The translations under genes and the position numbers were made by a program. Shown here piece after piece: positions 12,468-24,521 of a DNA stretch of 64,000 nt. The DNA lies in NCBI GenBank assembly GCA_965235115.1, contig OZ249436.1, positions 19,904,001 through 19,968,000 on the forward strand, read 5' to 3'. The notes beneath the pieces were generated by a model. That model saw only the letters and a list, made by a program, of their open reading frames with translations, had not been told where the DNA came from and ran no database searches. How positions within the stretch are numbered: position 1 is the stretch's first letter; the number at the start of each line of letters is the position of its first letter. The DNA is from Laetmonice hystrix (Eukaryota).

Positions 12468-13740
12468 TCATGGGGTCACCATTCTTTCTTGCCAAGGGAC
12501 AGCGCCAGCAGGGGACATATAATAATGTGACAGGTACTCTCGCTGATCCTTGGCCTCCTTCTGGGTATGGTGGCCGGATAGAGGCATCAGGCCCTGCATG
12601 TAGCCTACGTGTCTTGCCTCCATGCACCAGGGATCAGAGTATGTGTTGCTGGATCTTCGTGGTCCACATTTGTAATTGCGTGTGGGTATCTGGTCAGGAT
12701 GAGGTTGTGTAGGACACAGATGGTGATCAGGTTGATGTTGTTGGGGTGCAGTTGCATCGTTGTCAAGAAACAACGGAACCTGTGAGACTTGATTCCAAAG
12801 GTATTCTCGACAACAAGACGGGCATGAGACAACCTGTAAACATGATATAAATGTAAATATGATTTCTTGGTGGTTCTGTGATCGATGGGAGAATGGTTTC
12901 ATCAGCCAGGTTCTGAGTGTGAATGCGTCATCCCCTACGAAGTGATAGGGCACTGGCCTGTCATTAGGGAGCGGGTCTGGTTGAGGCAGTCCAGCTCCGT
13001 GCTCGTCTACAGCATCATGCAGGGTACAGTTCTTCCATGTTCCTCCATCTGAGGCACCACCCTCTGCCCCAACATCCACATACAGGAACTTATAGCCACC
13101 ATCTGCCACTGCTATGAGTACAATGCTGTGGAAGCCCTTGTAATTATAATAGTAAGAGCCAGCATTGGGTGGCTTCTTCATGGCGACGTGCTTGCCGTCC
13201 ACAGCCCCCCCCCCCCCCCCCCCCCCAGACAGTTGCGGTAGTTCCATCTGGAGCTGAACTTGGCAGCAACTTCCTTCCACTCCTGTTTTGGGGCAGCAGA
13301 GCACTTCGTCCTTGTAGACCTCGATGATGGCTTTACACACCTCAGGTAAAAACTTGCAGATTGTGCTTGACTCAACCCTGAAGCTGAACTGCAGACTTGG
13401 ATAGGAATTTCCAGTGGCTAGGAAGCGGAGGGTGGCAGCCAGCTTGAGTCCAACTTGAAGCGGTTCTCTCATGAAGGTGGACTGTTTCTGGAGGCGAGGG
13501 GTTAACTTCTCAACCATCTCTTGGAACAGGTCAGTTGTGATTCTGAGGAGTTCTGTCAGTCTCCGAACTCATGTCTTCTGTCCAACCATTCCCTGACCCA
13601 CACTTTTCTTGCTGACCTTCTTCTAGGTGGGATTGTCTCTTCTTCTTTCTCATCCTCTTCCTCTTGCAGCCTTTTCTCCCTGTCAGAGAACAGTGTGCAT
13701 GGGATGCTTCACGATCCACTTCATGGCACCAAAATGGCAC
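12468..13740 (-). pseudogene. Degenerate PIF/Harbinger (HARBI1-like, DDE_Tnp_4) transposase
   Basis: Motifs KVWVREW, LAATLRFLATGNSY, GAVDGKHV, YYNYKGFHSIVL, GDDAF..LMKPF, ARLVVENTFGI, CVLHN, GAVPWQ, spread over several frames (frameshifts). Confidence 0.9.
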
Positions 13741-14545
13741 GCCTTGCCACGACTTTTCTTGCCATTGCGTGGCCAAAATCGTGCAATTGTCAAGGTGGCA
13801 TTACCGAGGACAGAGGGAACAAAGGGCTGTAACTTCAGAAATATTTATTCTTTTTACGTACATGGTGAAGACAGGTAGATTCTACCAGAAACAACCTGCA
13901 GAACAGCTCAGTCAAGTAGAGTGAGCGAAATGTGTACGTGTTCTCTTGTGTTTCTAAACCGGCCATGCCTGACAAGTGTGGATGAAAGCAGGTAGCTGAT
14001 TGGTTGTTGAAAGTGTGTTGCATGTGATCAACATTCGACCCACATAGGAGTCTATCCCTAACCTTGGACGTCTACACAACGTCTTCCCTGTTAATGCAAT
14101 GTAAAGCTAGTGTTGTGACTTGTGACCTTGATGGGGGGGGGGGGGGGTTCGTGGCGTGTCCAGTTTGTTTACTTTAATAGCCCCTGGGTTGTCCTTCCGT
14201 TTTAGTGAATGTCCTCGTGCCCTTGTTTTGTGCGCTGGCTGGCTGGGAGCTGGTGTTGTGCCTGGGGTCAGAATTTCGATTCGGGTCATCGGCTAATTTT
14301 AAGTCCGGGTCCCTTGTCCACCATAGGGGCAGCCCTCTTGGAAAGTGGTTGGGGCAACATTTATGTCGTGACGTCATTAGGAGGTTGACTCGGTTCACTC
14401 TACATTTATTTCTCTCATGCCTACAAAGTGAGCTTTTGGCCCGTCTAGCAAATTCGAATATAAAATGAAGAACAAAATGTCCTCTCTAGTAGAATAGCAG
14501 CCATCTGAATTAATCAAATCAAAAAAGCGAGTGCAAGTAACTATT

Positions 14546-15205
14546 TCACCGAGACACAATCTCTACATAGAGTCCCTTTTCCGAAAGTTCGTCCCGGAAA
14601 GGTGCTAACAATTTGATAGTTTCACTCTCCCTAACATGAAGTTTGATGATGGGATAGTTGTGTCCCTTCTCTCCCAGACATTGTAGCGCACTCGCCTGCA
14701 CCATGCGTGGTACACACCCATCCATGGCATCCTTCACGACCAGCTGTAGGCTGTTTATAATGTGTTTCTCTTCCTGCTGATATGGCTGTACCAGCAGCTT
14801 TAGGTTCGCACTCAGACGGTTTTCTTGCATCGTCATAAAAAGGCGCCGCTGATCAAAAGACACGTCTGGAGACGATACGACCCAGTAACCGACCGCGGGA
14901 TGAACGTGGTAATGACTGCTCGACGACACTTTCTTTGACACTGTCGATTTTGTGGCGGTCAAAGCGGACACAAAGAAAAGTACGCCAGGCAGGTCATAAA
15001 CGATGTTGTCCAGCTCTTCCCGGAGTTCGACCAATCTCTCCTTGATGACCTCCGACGAGGCAGAGTCCCTCCCGGACCATCCCATCCGGAAGGCACACAC
15101 TTTCCAATTACTGCTGAGGACTGGTTCCGCCAGTTTCTTCGTGAAAACCTGTCTGATAGCTGAACTTCGGAGTTGAGGCGCAGGAAGGATAACGTCCGCT
15201 TGGAT
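14546..15205 (-). CDS. Alternative terminal exon V19, ~215-aa array domain
   Basis: Acceptor ttgttacttcag|ATC, phase 0; family motifs AFRMGW, VSALTAT, HPAVGYW, KLLVQPYQQ, VKDAMDGCVPRMV; stop at 14546. Confidence 0.85.
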   Translation of the reverse strand: MQADVILPAPQLRSSAIRQVFTKKLAEPVLSSNWKVCAFRMGWSGRDSASSEVIKERLVELREELDNIVYDLPGVLFFVSALTATKSTVSKKVSSSSHYHVHPAVGYWVVSSPDVSFDQRRLFMTMQENRLSANLKLLVQPYQQEEKHIINSLQLVVKDAMDGCVPRMVQASALQCLGEKGHNYPIIKLHVRESETIKLLAPFRDELSEKGLYVEIVSR

Positions 15206-16349
15206 CTGAAGTAACAATGGTCACCAGTTAGGCAGTCCGTTTCGTTTAGCATTCCGTTTTTACAGTCCACTGTTTTGAGATGTATGACATATAGAATATA
15301 TTGTACAAGACAGACACCGCGTGTTCTAGAAGTCCAATACATATTTTATTATTCCGTTTGTCACCAAGACAATATGCCATGAACTAATGGAAGTGAAGAA
15401 CAGGAACAGACAATCCAGGATGAAAACATAGGAACACTAGCAAGAACATCTTTGGCTGTCAGTCGACACCCCCGCAAAACGTAGAGGTAAACACAATAAA
15501 ATTGAAAAAACTCCGGTCCTATATATCCATCCATACATGTACCCACAAAGGCCTTTCCAAATGGTCATCAATAGCAAAGATAATGTTTATGTTTAGAATT
15601 GGTCTCTCTTCATAAGGGTGTGAACCAGCATCAGGAGGCGAGGGACTGTAAGACTTGGTCTGACGAAATATTGACCTGATGCTACCACATGGTCATTTCG
15701 TTAAAGGAAAGAATTTATAAACTTTACATCTGTTCCAAATATCTTCAAGCTGAATAAATCTTTAAAAAAGTAAACAACTGCAAGGGGCTAGTTCATCATA
15801 GCCTTACATGGTGCCTTGCAGTAGCTTACCCAGGGGAGGTGCTTGGGTTGCTCAAGCACCCCCATCAATTTTTTTTAAAGGTCAATGGGGGAACTGCCCA
15901 CAGCCCCCTCCCAATTTGCAGTGCGTATACGACGTTGGTTATTTTCAGCCCCCCCCCCCGGTCCAGTTTCTGGGTACGCCACTGCCTTGCCTCCATATTT
16001 TTCAAACTCTAGATTAATATTTGAAATAAAAATAAATAGAAACTTAATATAAATTTACTGATAACCTAGAAGATATGTTTTACTGAACATAAACAATACA
16101 ATTCATGTCTTTATCATCACTATAGAGTGTGCTCGGAAGAAAGTGGGCCTACTCGTTTTAGGCGCCTTGACGCAAATTTGGGCGCACCTAAAAGATAAGG
16201 CCTGACAAAAGATAATCTCTATCTATCGGTTAACAATCATCATCACAGAAATGCACAATTAAAACTGTCGAAAGCAAAAATGTGGTCTCTACATTTTTAG
16301 AAGGCAAGTTCTGTTACGATGCCGACGCCTTTCTCTGAAGTGTGCCATT

Positions 16350-17024
16350 TTAATCCTCATCTTCACTGCCGTGTGTCGTCAGAAAAATTTCGGAGTGAAA
16401 CCTTCCTTTCTCCAGTTCATATGTGGCTGCCTGCAAAAGTTCTGTGAGACTTTTGTCTGAATTGTACATCCTTACAAGGGCGTGAGGTTTATCGGCAACA
16501 GCGCTTGGACTGGTATCAACCATGTGTCGTACACATCCTTCCATGTTGTCTTTAACGACGGCAAATAAAGCATTGCGGATATCGTCATCCGACTGCTGGT
16601 AGGGTTGAAGCTGCAGCTTCAAAGTCGCACCTACACTGTTACTCTGAAGTACAGTACAAAATCCATGGCGGTCGGCAATTGGATTGTATGTTACAAGCCA
16701 ATATGACACGCCTGGTACGACCTTGTAGTAGTTGCCTGCAGGACTTTTTACTACAGAGTGCGTGGCATTTATTGCAGAGACGAAGAAGACAGTTCCCGGA
16801 ATGGTTTGCACGAGGGTGTCCAGGTTTTCGCGCAGTGTGACGATATGATCCCAACGGCTCCGCGTGGCGCTGTCGTCTAGCTTGCCCCAACTCATACGGA
16901 ATGCCGACACGTTCCAGCCTCTGTCCAGGACTGGGCGGACAATGTGGTCCGACAGGGTTTTTCGCACTTGCTGAGATCGCAGTGACCCGGCTGACCGCAC
17001 TGGTTCACTGGGATAAACTGACAC
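16350..17024 (-). CDS. Alternative terminal exon V18, array domain
   Basis: Acceptor cttttccactgcag|GTG, phase 0; AFRMSW, VSAINAT, PGVSYW, QPYQQ, VKDNMEGCVRHMV. Confidence 0.85.
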   Translation of the reverse strand: MSVYPSEPVRSAGSLRSQQVRKTLSDHIVRPVLDRGWNVSAFRMSWGKLDDSATRSRWDHIVTLRENLDTLVQTIPGTVFFVSAINATHSVVKSPAGNYYKVVPGVSYWLVTYNPIADRHGFCTVLQSNSVGATLKLQLQPYQQSDDDIRNALFAVVKDNMEGCVRHMVDTSPSAVADKPHALVRMYNSDKSLTELLQAATYELEKGRFHSEIFLTTHGSEDED

Positions 17025-18405
17025 CTGCAGTGGAAAAGTGAGGGATACCGGTGAAATGCATGTTTTACATGCCAGCAATGAAACTTTAACTTAGAGGGGC
17101 CTACAAGACAATGTAGGTGTCCTAAGATGCTGTTCTGCAGATTCCTTAAATCAAGGGCACGCTGTAGGATTTTTTCAGAGACCTCACACGTTTCAAGACA
17201 CAGCAGCCCTTTGTCGTAAAGCCTCAGCTGAAAAACGTCGAAGTGATTTTAGCTAGACCTACTGTTACGTTGCAAAGGTGTATTAGTACCCTATGATAGG
17301 TTTGTCTTAAAGGTTCAAAAAAAAAATGCCTTTACGTTCAACGGTTCAAGTCGGGCCTCCCTGCTCCTGTACCTATTAGAACTCACAGAGTTTTAGAAAA
17401 GTAACCATGTTTGTGCCTTTAACTAATCCTGCTGTCAATATTAATGGGTGTTAGAGAACGATTGCCCACTGGCACCAGTACAAATACTTCTCAGGTGGGG
17501 TGGGAGGTAAAACAGGCAGCTGTATCGTCTTCTGCATGCGTCCATGTATTAGTTTACGAAGTCCTACAGTTGTTTTATCTTTAGGGGGTACGCGCCCTTC
17601 ACAATGTCTACAGTTTGTTTTATCTCTCTTAGCAGTGTACTCCTTGTCATATAATACAACACATATGTGCTGGGATATGGTATTCTTTATTGCTAACTAC
17701 ATTACAGACTGAGTTGGACAAATTGTGATACATGTATTAATATGCGTTTTCAAGCAACAGTAACTAAAGCAACAATACACTGTACATGTCTGTTCAACCA
17801 ACTTGATAAACAACAGTGATCTTTGAGTGTGCAGCGTGATTCCCATTCTTTCATCATCAACGTCCAATGTACTTTCTTCTGAACTTTATCAAGGGAGTCT
17901 CATTGTTGGAAAATAACATTACAAAAAGGCTTGTGCAGATAACCAAACATTTACTTTCTCTTTTAAACCATAAAGCTACATTTTACTCATCATCTAAAGG
18001 TCAGGAGGCGCATTCCGAGACCTTTCTCTTGTTTAGGTCATGTCTTGACTACTGCATGGGGATCCTCAAATGTCATCACTAAAGGTAACCTATAATCTCA
18101 TATCACCGGACTGCCTGCACAAGGTTTACAAAATGTCATCTTTCACATTCACCTAGCATTTCTCACTGGAGACATATATGCCGACTCTCACTAAGTGCAT
18201 GGCCTGGTCAATGTAACGTTCAACTCTAACTGAACCAACTTATTTATGAATCATGTATGTCATAATAACCAGACAGGGATGTATCATGATAAGAATAATA
18301 AAATATAATAATTTTTCCCACCCATTCAATCACATAGCCCAACACTATTGAGAAACATGAATAAACACTCAATGTAAGAGAACTACATTATTCTTAACTT
18401 TATAA

Positions 18406-19083
18406 TTAGATGTACTGCACCTCCAAGTAAAAACCTTGCTGACAAAGGTTAGCCACACACTGTTGAGCATGGTCTTGATTCATTCCTTTCTTCACGTATA
18501 CTATTGCAATAGGGTATTTCCCATCAAAGTTTTTTAGATGGGCCTGCGCACTGAGATCAACGTGTCGCCTCACACAGCCTTCTGCGTTGTCCTTTACAAC
18601 GTGGTAAAGTTCATTAAGTATGTGCTTGTCGTCCTGCTGATAGGGCTGCAACATTAGTTTCATGGTGGCTCCGAACCTGTTGGCATGTATGTGATTGAAG
18701 AGCTCCCTTTCATTCAAGCCGCCTTCCCCGGTTGCTATAAAGTAAGACACTGCTGGGTACAGCCTGTACTGGCCGCTTCCAGAACTCGCCTTTAGTTTGG
18801 CTGACTGTGTTGCCGTGATAGCGGAGATAACAAAGTTCATGTTTCCAGCCTGTTCAAGAACTAGCTGATCGAGCTCCGCACGCAAACTCACGATACGATT
18901 CCATATGTCCTGAAGGTAGTCGTTGTCTTGTCCAAACCAAATGAGCCTAAAGGCTGAGACTTTGCCATCGTTGGAGTGAATGAAGGGATCCACCAAATCT
19001 TTCAAGCCGATGCGTGCCTGAACGGAGTGCACGGTTCGCAATGGAAGGATACCCTCTGTCTGTGAGTAATTCAATGCTGGCAT
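18406..19083 (-). CDS. Alternative terminal exon V17, array domain
   Basis: Acceptor ggtttacgttccag|ATG, phase 0; AFRLIW, ISAITAT, YPAVSYF, QPYQQ, VKDNAEGCVRR. Confidence 0.85.
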   Translation of the reverse strand: MPALNYSQTEGILPLRTVHSVQARIGLKDLVDPFIHSNDGKVSAFRLIWFGQDNDYLQDIWNRIVSLRAELDQLVLEQAGNMNFVISAITATQSAKLKASSGSGQYRLYPAVSYFIATGEGGLNERELFNHIHANRFGATMKLMLQPYQQDDKHILNELYHVVKDNAEGCVRRHVDLSAQAHLKNFDGKYPIAIVYVKKGMNQDHAQQCVANLCQQGFYLEVQYI

Positions 19084-19384
19084 CTGGAACGTAAACCAGA
19101 CACTCACGCATAATTCAACCGAGTTGAAAATATACATGTTAACAATTTATTATAGACTATAGATGCCCCTGCCTACGTTCACCCTATGCACATCGAAACA
19201 TCCTATACATCTATGACGAAGGTTGAAACATCCTAACCCTTCATATATTTTCCCATCAAGATGCTTGCAAGAAAGATCTAATACACAGGCCTGTTGGCAC
19301 ACATTAGCTAACAGTATCGTCCAATTCGGTTTCGGGTTATCTTGCAATGTTGAGTCATAATATGGCTCCTCGTTCGGGACCACA

Positions 19385-20041
19385 CTAAACAATAACTGAG
19401 CTCAAACCATTTTCGTTTAGTGCCGCCTGGACTATAGCCAAAATAGATACTGTGCTTTTATCCACAGCATACATTTTCATGATCGGATAATTATTGCCCT
19501 CTTGGCCAAGACAGTTCAGTGCGCTTGATTGGACCATCCGAGGAACACAACCCTCCATGGTGTCTCTTAAAACAGTATGCAAACTGTTGATAATGTGTTT
19601 TTCCTCTTGTTGATATGGCTGTAGTAGCAGCTTCAAAGTTGCACACAACCTATTCTGCTGCATCGTAGTAAACAACTGTTGCTGATCGAAGCCGTCGTTG
19701 AGTGCAGTGACGACCCAATAGGCGACTCCAGGATGCACGAAGTGTTTATATGTCGATCCTTTGATGCGGTTTTTGCTGGAAGTGGCTGTGATGGATGACA
19801 CAAAGAACAACACGCCAGGCAGGGTCTGAACCATTCTGTCCAATTCCTCACGAAGTTCCACAAGTCTGGCTCGCACCACATCAACGGTCGCACTATCTCT
19901 ACCCGACCATGTCATACGGAAGGCACACACCTTCCAACCCTTGGCTAGAACTGGTTCCACCAAATCTGTCGCAAGAACCTGCTTTACTGCTGTGCTTGAT
20001 AGGTTACTGGCTGGTAGCCTGGCTTCTATTCTGTTGGACAC
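19385..20041 (-). CDS. Alternative terminal exon V16, array domain
   Basis: Acceptor tgttttgtctacag|GTG, phase 0; AFRMTW, VSSITAT, HPGVAYW, QPYQQ, GCVPRMV. Confidence 0.85.
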   Translation of the reverse strand: MSNRIEARLPASNLSSTAVKQVLATDLVEPVLAKGWKVCAFRMTWSGRDSATVDVVRARLVELREELDRMVQTLPGVLFFVSSITATSSKNRIKGSTYKHFVHPGVAYWVVTALNDGFDQQQLFTTMQQNRLCATLKLLLQPYQQEEKHIINSLHTVLRDTMEGCVPRMVQSSALNCLGQEGNNYPIMKMYAVDKSTVSILAIVQAALNENGLSSVIV

Positions 20042-21603
20042 CTGTAGACAAAACATAGTCCGTTAACGCACTATTTTTCTTTTCTCTTCACTTACACACC
20101 CACTGGGCAGAAAGAACACACACTGTGACAGTTGGGCTTGCATACAGATGAAAGTTGTTACAATGGCCTATGACTGGCTGTGGTGGCTCCACTCGAATAC
20201 GGGATAACCCAGTGGTGGTGACTGGAGGGGTAGAAGTTGGACCACCAGGAGATAGTCTCACACTGCGGGTGTGAATCGAGTATTGTAAGGAATTCCCCCA
20301 TCAGGTATAAATTTAACTCTGCATTGATGATCGGGTGAAGGATTGCCCCGTGCTTATCCGGTAAATTCCGGTCTGTGAAAAATGATTCCTGAAACTGTGC
20401 AAAGTTTTTATAATGGAATAACTGACATGAGATAACAAGGACAGGATTGTCTCAAACTTGCACCACAGAATGCGACTTTTGTTACTTTAGGTGCGACATC
20501 CCCCGGCCTCTATTTTTTGGTAATATTCTGTTTCAACCTGTACATCAGGGTGTTCATTTTGTTCCGTTAAACTTCTTAATATGTGCTCCTCGTTTCATTC
20601 ACCAGTTTTTGGAGATAGGGTCACGACTTTCTACACGCTGGTGAATAGTAACAAAAAAAAAATCTCAAAAGCCAATTCTGGTTGTAAAAATGTTCAAGAC
20701 TATATATTTCAATTCATGTTATAATTATGTTGTAGTTTTTATGATTAAATTCATAAGCGTCTACTGATATCCATGCATGAATTTGGAGACAAAACATCCA
20801 ACACATTTGCGGAAAAATAAGAGGGTAAGGCAGAAAAAGAATATAAGTTCTATATTTCTGTCAAATTCATAAGGGTTGGGAGGTTTGTAGTCACCCAACA
20901 GATTCTAAGTCACTTTCTAGCAAAACCAATGTAATGCTGCATATTGTGGGGGACAGAAAAAAACAAAAGAACCATCTGTTTTGTTACATATGTTTTAATG
21001 ATTTTATTTACAAACTTGAACACAATATTAGTCTACTGTCATCAAGTACGGCCGCTCTGTTGACGGCACACATGGTTGGTCCTTGGAGAACTCAACTGTT
21101 TTATATTATCAAACCAAATACAACTGAAGGAATGGGTTCTGTGCGCACCACTCGTTCATGACAACCTCCCCAGTGTGGGCTGTGACAAAAGAACTTCATT
21201 TAACAATGTCAAGCGTAATTCTTGCACCAATAAAAATACATTTCAAGAAATTATAAAGGATTTGAACGAGCGTAATTACTCTCTACTGATCTTTTACAAT
21301 AGAGTTTGGACCCTCTGTTTTTCATTCGTTTGACCAACAAATAAGCAGAATTAAATGGACTAAACCTACGACCTGACCCGGCTATGCCGAGTGTAAACTA
21401 CCGTAAGAGCTCTTCACAGTGTAAAGCATTTGAGAAAAAAATCATTTACAAATATGAAAATATTTTTAACACTGTATCCCTTGATCCTTGTTCCTAATCT
21501 GTCATTCCGACCTCTGAATGATAAACAGCACTGATGACTTCAAACAAAAATGCAACAGAAAGAGTGTTCCTTTCTTTTCAAGTATCACTCACTTCGAAAT
21601 CCT

Positions 21604-22272
21604 TCAAGGGAGCAGTACAACTTCACTGGTTAAACCATTTTCCTCGAGAGCTGCCTGGACTGGTCTCAGAAGTTTCAACATGCTTTCCTCCAATGCATAA
21701 AATTTCAAAACCGGATAGCTTTCACCCTTTTCACCCAAACAATGAAGTGCACTTGCCTTAACCATCCGAGGAACACAACCATCCATTGTGTTCTTAAGTA
21801 CCAAATGTAAACTGTTAATTATATGTTTCTCCTCAAGCTGATATGGCTGCAACAGCAGCTTCAGCGTTGCACTGAAGCGATTATTTTGCAAAGTTGTGAA
21901 TAATTCCCGCTGGTCAATGCCAGAACCTGGGGAATACACCACCCAATATCCCACTGCTGGGTGAACAAAGTAATGGGTTGTTCCCTCGATCCTTTCTCTA
22001 CTCGTGGTGGCTGTGATGGCTGACACAAAGAACAACACACTAGGCAGGGTCTGAACCATTCTGTCCAATTCCTCTCGCAGTTCCACAAGTCTGGCTCGCA
22101 CCACATCAACCGACGCATTATCTCTACCTGACCATGTCATACGGAAGGCACACACCTTCCAACCATTGGTGAGCACTGGCCCCACCAAATCTCTTGCAAG
22201 AATCTGCTTTACTGCTGGGCTTCGCAAGCATGAGGCTGGCAGACTGCTCTCTGATACTGACATGCTGGACAC
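21604..22272 (-). CDS. Alternative terminal exon V15, array domain
   Basis: Acceptor tgttctgtctgcag|GTG, phase 0; AFRMTW, VSAITAT, HPAVGYW, QPYQL, GCVPRMV. Confidence 0.85.
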   Translation of the reverse strand: MSSMSVSESSLPASCLRSPAVKQILARDLVGPVLTNGWKVCAFRMTWSGRDNASVDVVRARLVELREELDRMVQTLPSVLFFVSAITATTSRERIEGTTHYFVHPAVGYWVVYSPGSGIDQRELFTTLQNNRFSATLKLLLQPYQLEEKHIINSLHLVLKNTMDGCVPRMVKASALHCLGEKGESYPVLKFYALEESMLKLLRPVQAALEENGLTSEVVLLP

Positions 22273-22447
22273 CTGCAGACAGAACATAAACTGTTAGCTG
22301 ATGTTTTCCATGCATGCACCTCACAACTGCCATACTAAACTGGCAGGCAAGAAAAGTATAGCTTCATGTGTCATAAGCATCTGGTTGGCGACCTTCACGG
22401 TTGGTTGAACAGTATGGGCAGCCATGAAAGATAAAAATGGGAGGATA

Positions 22448-23098
22448 TTAGACGAGGACTACTTCCGAATGGAAACGTGCCGCCCGCAGCTGGTTTACTG
22501 CCAAGGACACCATGTCTACTGCATCACCACATCCTACACAGATCTTCACTATCGGATGTGGAGAAGCTGCCAGTGTTATTGCACTGGCATGGACCATTCT
22601 TCCCACACAGCCCTCCATGTTGTCCTTTACCGTGATGTAAAGCGCATTACATATAGCCTTCTCGGTTTTCTGATACGGCTTCAGCTGCAGCTTCAGCGTT
22701 GCTCCTACCTGGTTGTTATGCATGTGTGTAAAGAGTTGGGAGTCTGTTAGTGGGGTTTCAGTAACAACCCAATAGGCCACACCCGGGAATACTCTGTATC
22801 TGGTAACACTGGGGCCCTGTTTTTGGTGCGACTGAGTTGCTGTGACAGCAGAAAAGCAAAAGACCATTCCATCAATCTGTTGCACAAGGCTGTCAAGACC
22901 GGTACGCAAATGTACTATCTGCTCCCAGAGGATTTGGTTCTGGCTTTCATTTTGCCACTGCCAGTTCATTCGAAATGCAGCCACGCTCCAACCACGTTGC
23001 AAAACTGGGCCTACAATTTGCTGTGAGAGAATCTTTCGTACTGGTTCACACCTCAATCCAGGTGATGGCATTTTGGTTTCTCCTGAGGAGTTACTCAT
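22448..23098 (-). CDS. Alternative terminal exon V14, array domain
   Basis: Acceptor gttttttcttcag|ATG, phase 0; AFRMNW, SAVTAT, FPGVAYW, KPYQK, VKDNMEGCVGRMV. Confidence 0.85.
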   Translation of the reverse strand: MSNSSGETKMPSPGLRCEPVRKILSQQIVGPVLQRGWSVAAFRMNWQWQNESQNQILWEQIVHLRTGLDSLVQQIDGMVFCFSAVTATQSHQKQGPSVTRYRVFPGVAYWVVTETPLTDSQLFTHMHNNQVGATLKLQLKPYQKTEKAICNALYITVKDNMEGCVGRMVHASAITLAASPHPIVKICVGCGDAVDMVSLAVNQLRAARFHSEVVLV

Positions 23099-23444
23099 CT
23101 GAAGAAAAAACACAAGAGTGCTTCAGCAAAACGGTGGTCAAATACAACGGTTCACAACCAACAAATCTATTCGTAACATGGTTCCTACATCGGGTACTTT
23201 TAACGCCTTTCTACTAGTATATAGATGTTATCTCAGCTTTATCATTGTTGCTTTCAGCCCTTGTAATTTATATTCTGTCACACAATATTACTTTTGCAAA
23301 GCCATTCATCAACATAATCAACGTATACTCCATATGAAACTACAACTCGTTTTGATGTCAAAAGATTTGACCTGCTCCGTTCAAAATGTCCTTTACCGGC
23401 ACTTGCTAACCCTTTTCTCTGTCACACTGACCTTTCCCTAAGTT

Positions 23445-24107
23445 TTATGAGATGACCTCTATTTCAGCATAAAAGCGTGCAGCTCGTAACTGTTCTATAA
23501 CTTCTGACAGCATGCTGTTGGCCTTCGGATCGACCACATACACCTTTACAATAGACTGGGGAACAGTTGACAGAGCTCTGGCACTGGAATCAAACAATCT
23601 TCGCACACAACCCTCCATGTTGTCTTTGACCGCATTATAAAGAGCCTGGCAGTAATGTTTCTCCGTCTGTTGGTATGGCTGCAGCTGCAGCTTTAATGTT
23701 GCACCCACTGGATTGTTTTGCATGATTGTGTAGAGATGGCGACTGTCAGACTGTGGCTGATTTGAAACCAACCAATAGGCTACTCCTGGGTGCACCTTTA
23801 AACTACTGCAGGAACTGCTGGCGACTGCTTTCTGTTGGGAGGTGGTGGCAGTCACTGCTGATACAAAGAACACTGTTCCTGGCAGTGTCTGTACTAGCTG
23901 GTCAAGGTCTAACCGAAGCTGGACGATTTGATCCCATAGGCTCCTTGTTATTATTTCATCTTGCTTGGACCAGCCCATCCGAAATGCAGATATATTCCAA
24001 CCATTTTTGACACTGGGGCTAACGATGCCCTTGGAAAGGATATTCCGCACAGGTTGAGACCTCAGTCCAGGAGCAGGCCAAATGGGATCATTTGAAGAAC
24101 TGCCGAC
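23445..24107 (-). CDS. Alternative terminal exon V13, array domain
   Basis: Acceptor attttcacttcag|GTC, phase 0; AFRMGW, VSAVTAT, HPGVAYW, QPYQQ, VKDNMEGCVRRL. Confidence 0.85.
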   Translation of the reverse strand, partial: VGSSSNDPIWPAPGLRSQPVRNILSKGIVSPSVKNGWNISAFRMGWSKQDEIITRSLWDQIVQLRLDLDQLVQTLPGTVFFVSAVTATTSQQKAVASSSCSSLKVHPGVAYWLVSNQPQSDSRHLYTIMQNNPVGATLKLQLQPYQQTEKHYCQALYNAVKDNMEGCVRRLFDSSARALSTVPQSIVKVYVVDPKANSMLSEVIEQLRAARFYAEIEVIS

Positions 24108-24521
24108 CTGAAGTGAAAATGCAGAACATTTACATTGCTTCCTTGATCGTCCAGAGCAGTGTATGATTCAAGATCAGATTAGGCAATGGCTGTCCACTGA
24201 AGCAAACCACAGGAACACTTTTACAGGCCCTCACCATCCAAACCCAAATTCTTCTTGCAATCTTTCGTACTGATATCTTTTATTTGTAAATCAGATCTCA
24301 GCTACGGATTGCAATGTCATAACATGATGGCTGGTCTGCACAGGTCAACCTATAAAGTGAGCAATGATGGTTCTACGACGTGTCTGCATTTTCTGGGATG
24401 GAATATTGCACAGTCAATGGGACCCGTCTCCTGTGTCAACAATTCAATTGGAGTTCTAGAACCAGGTTTAACCCTCACCTGGTTGGTTGGAGGGGATTGT
24501 TTTAAGATTTAATTTTCAGCT

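Noticed and set aside
12468..13517. Intact or domesticated HARBI1 gene
   Set aside because: The 349-aa ORF drifts in and out of the transposase frame; several frameshifts and a poly-G expansion indicate a dead copy.
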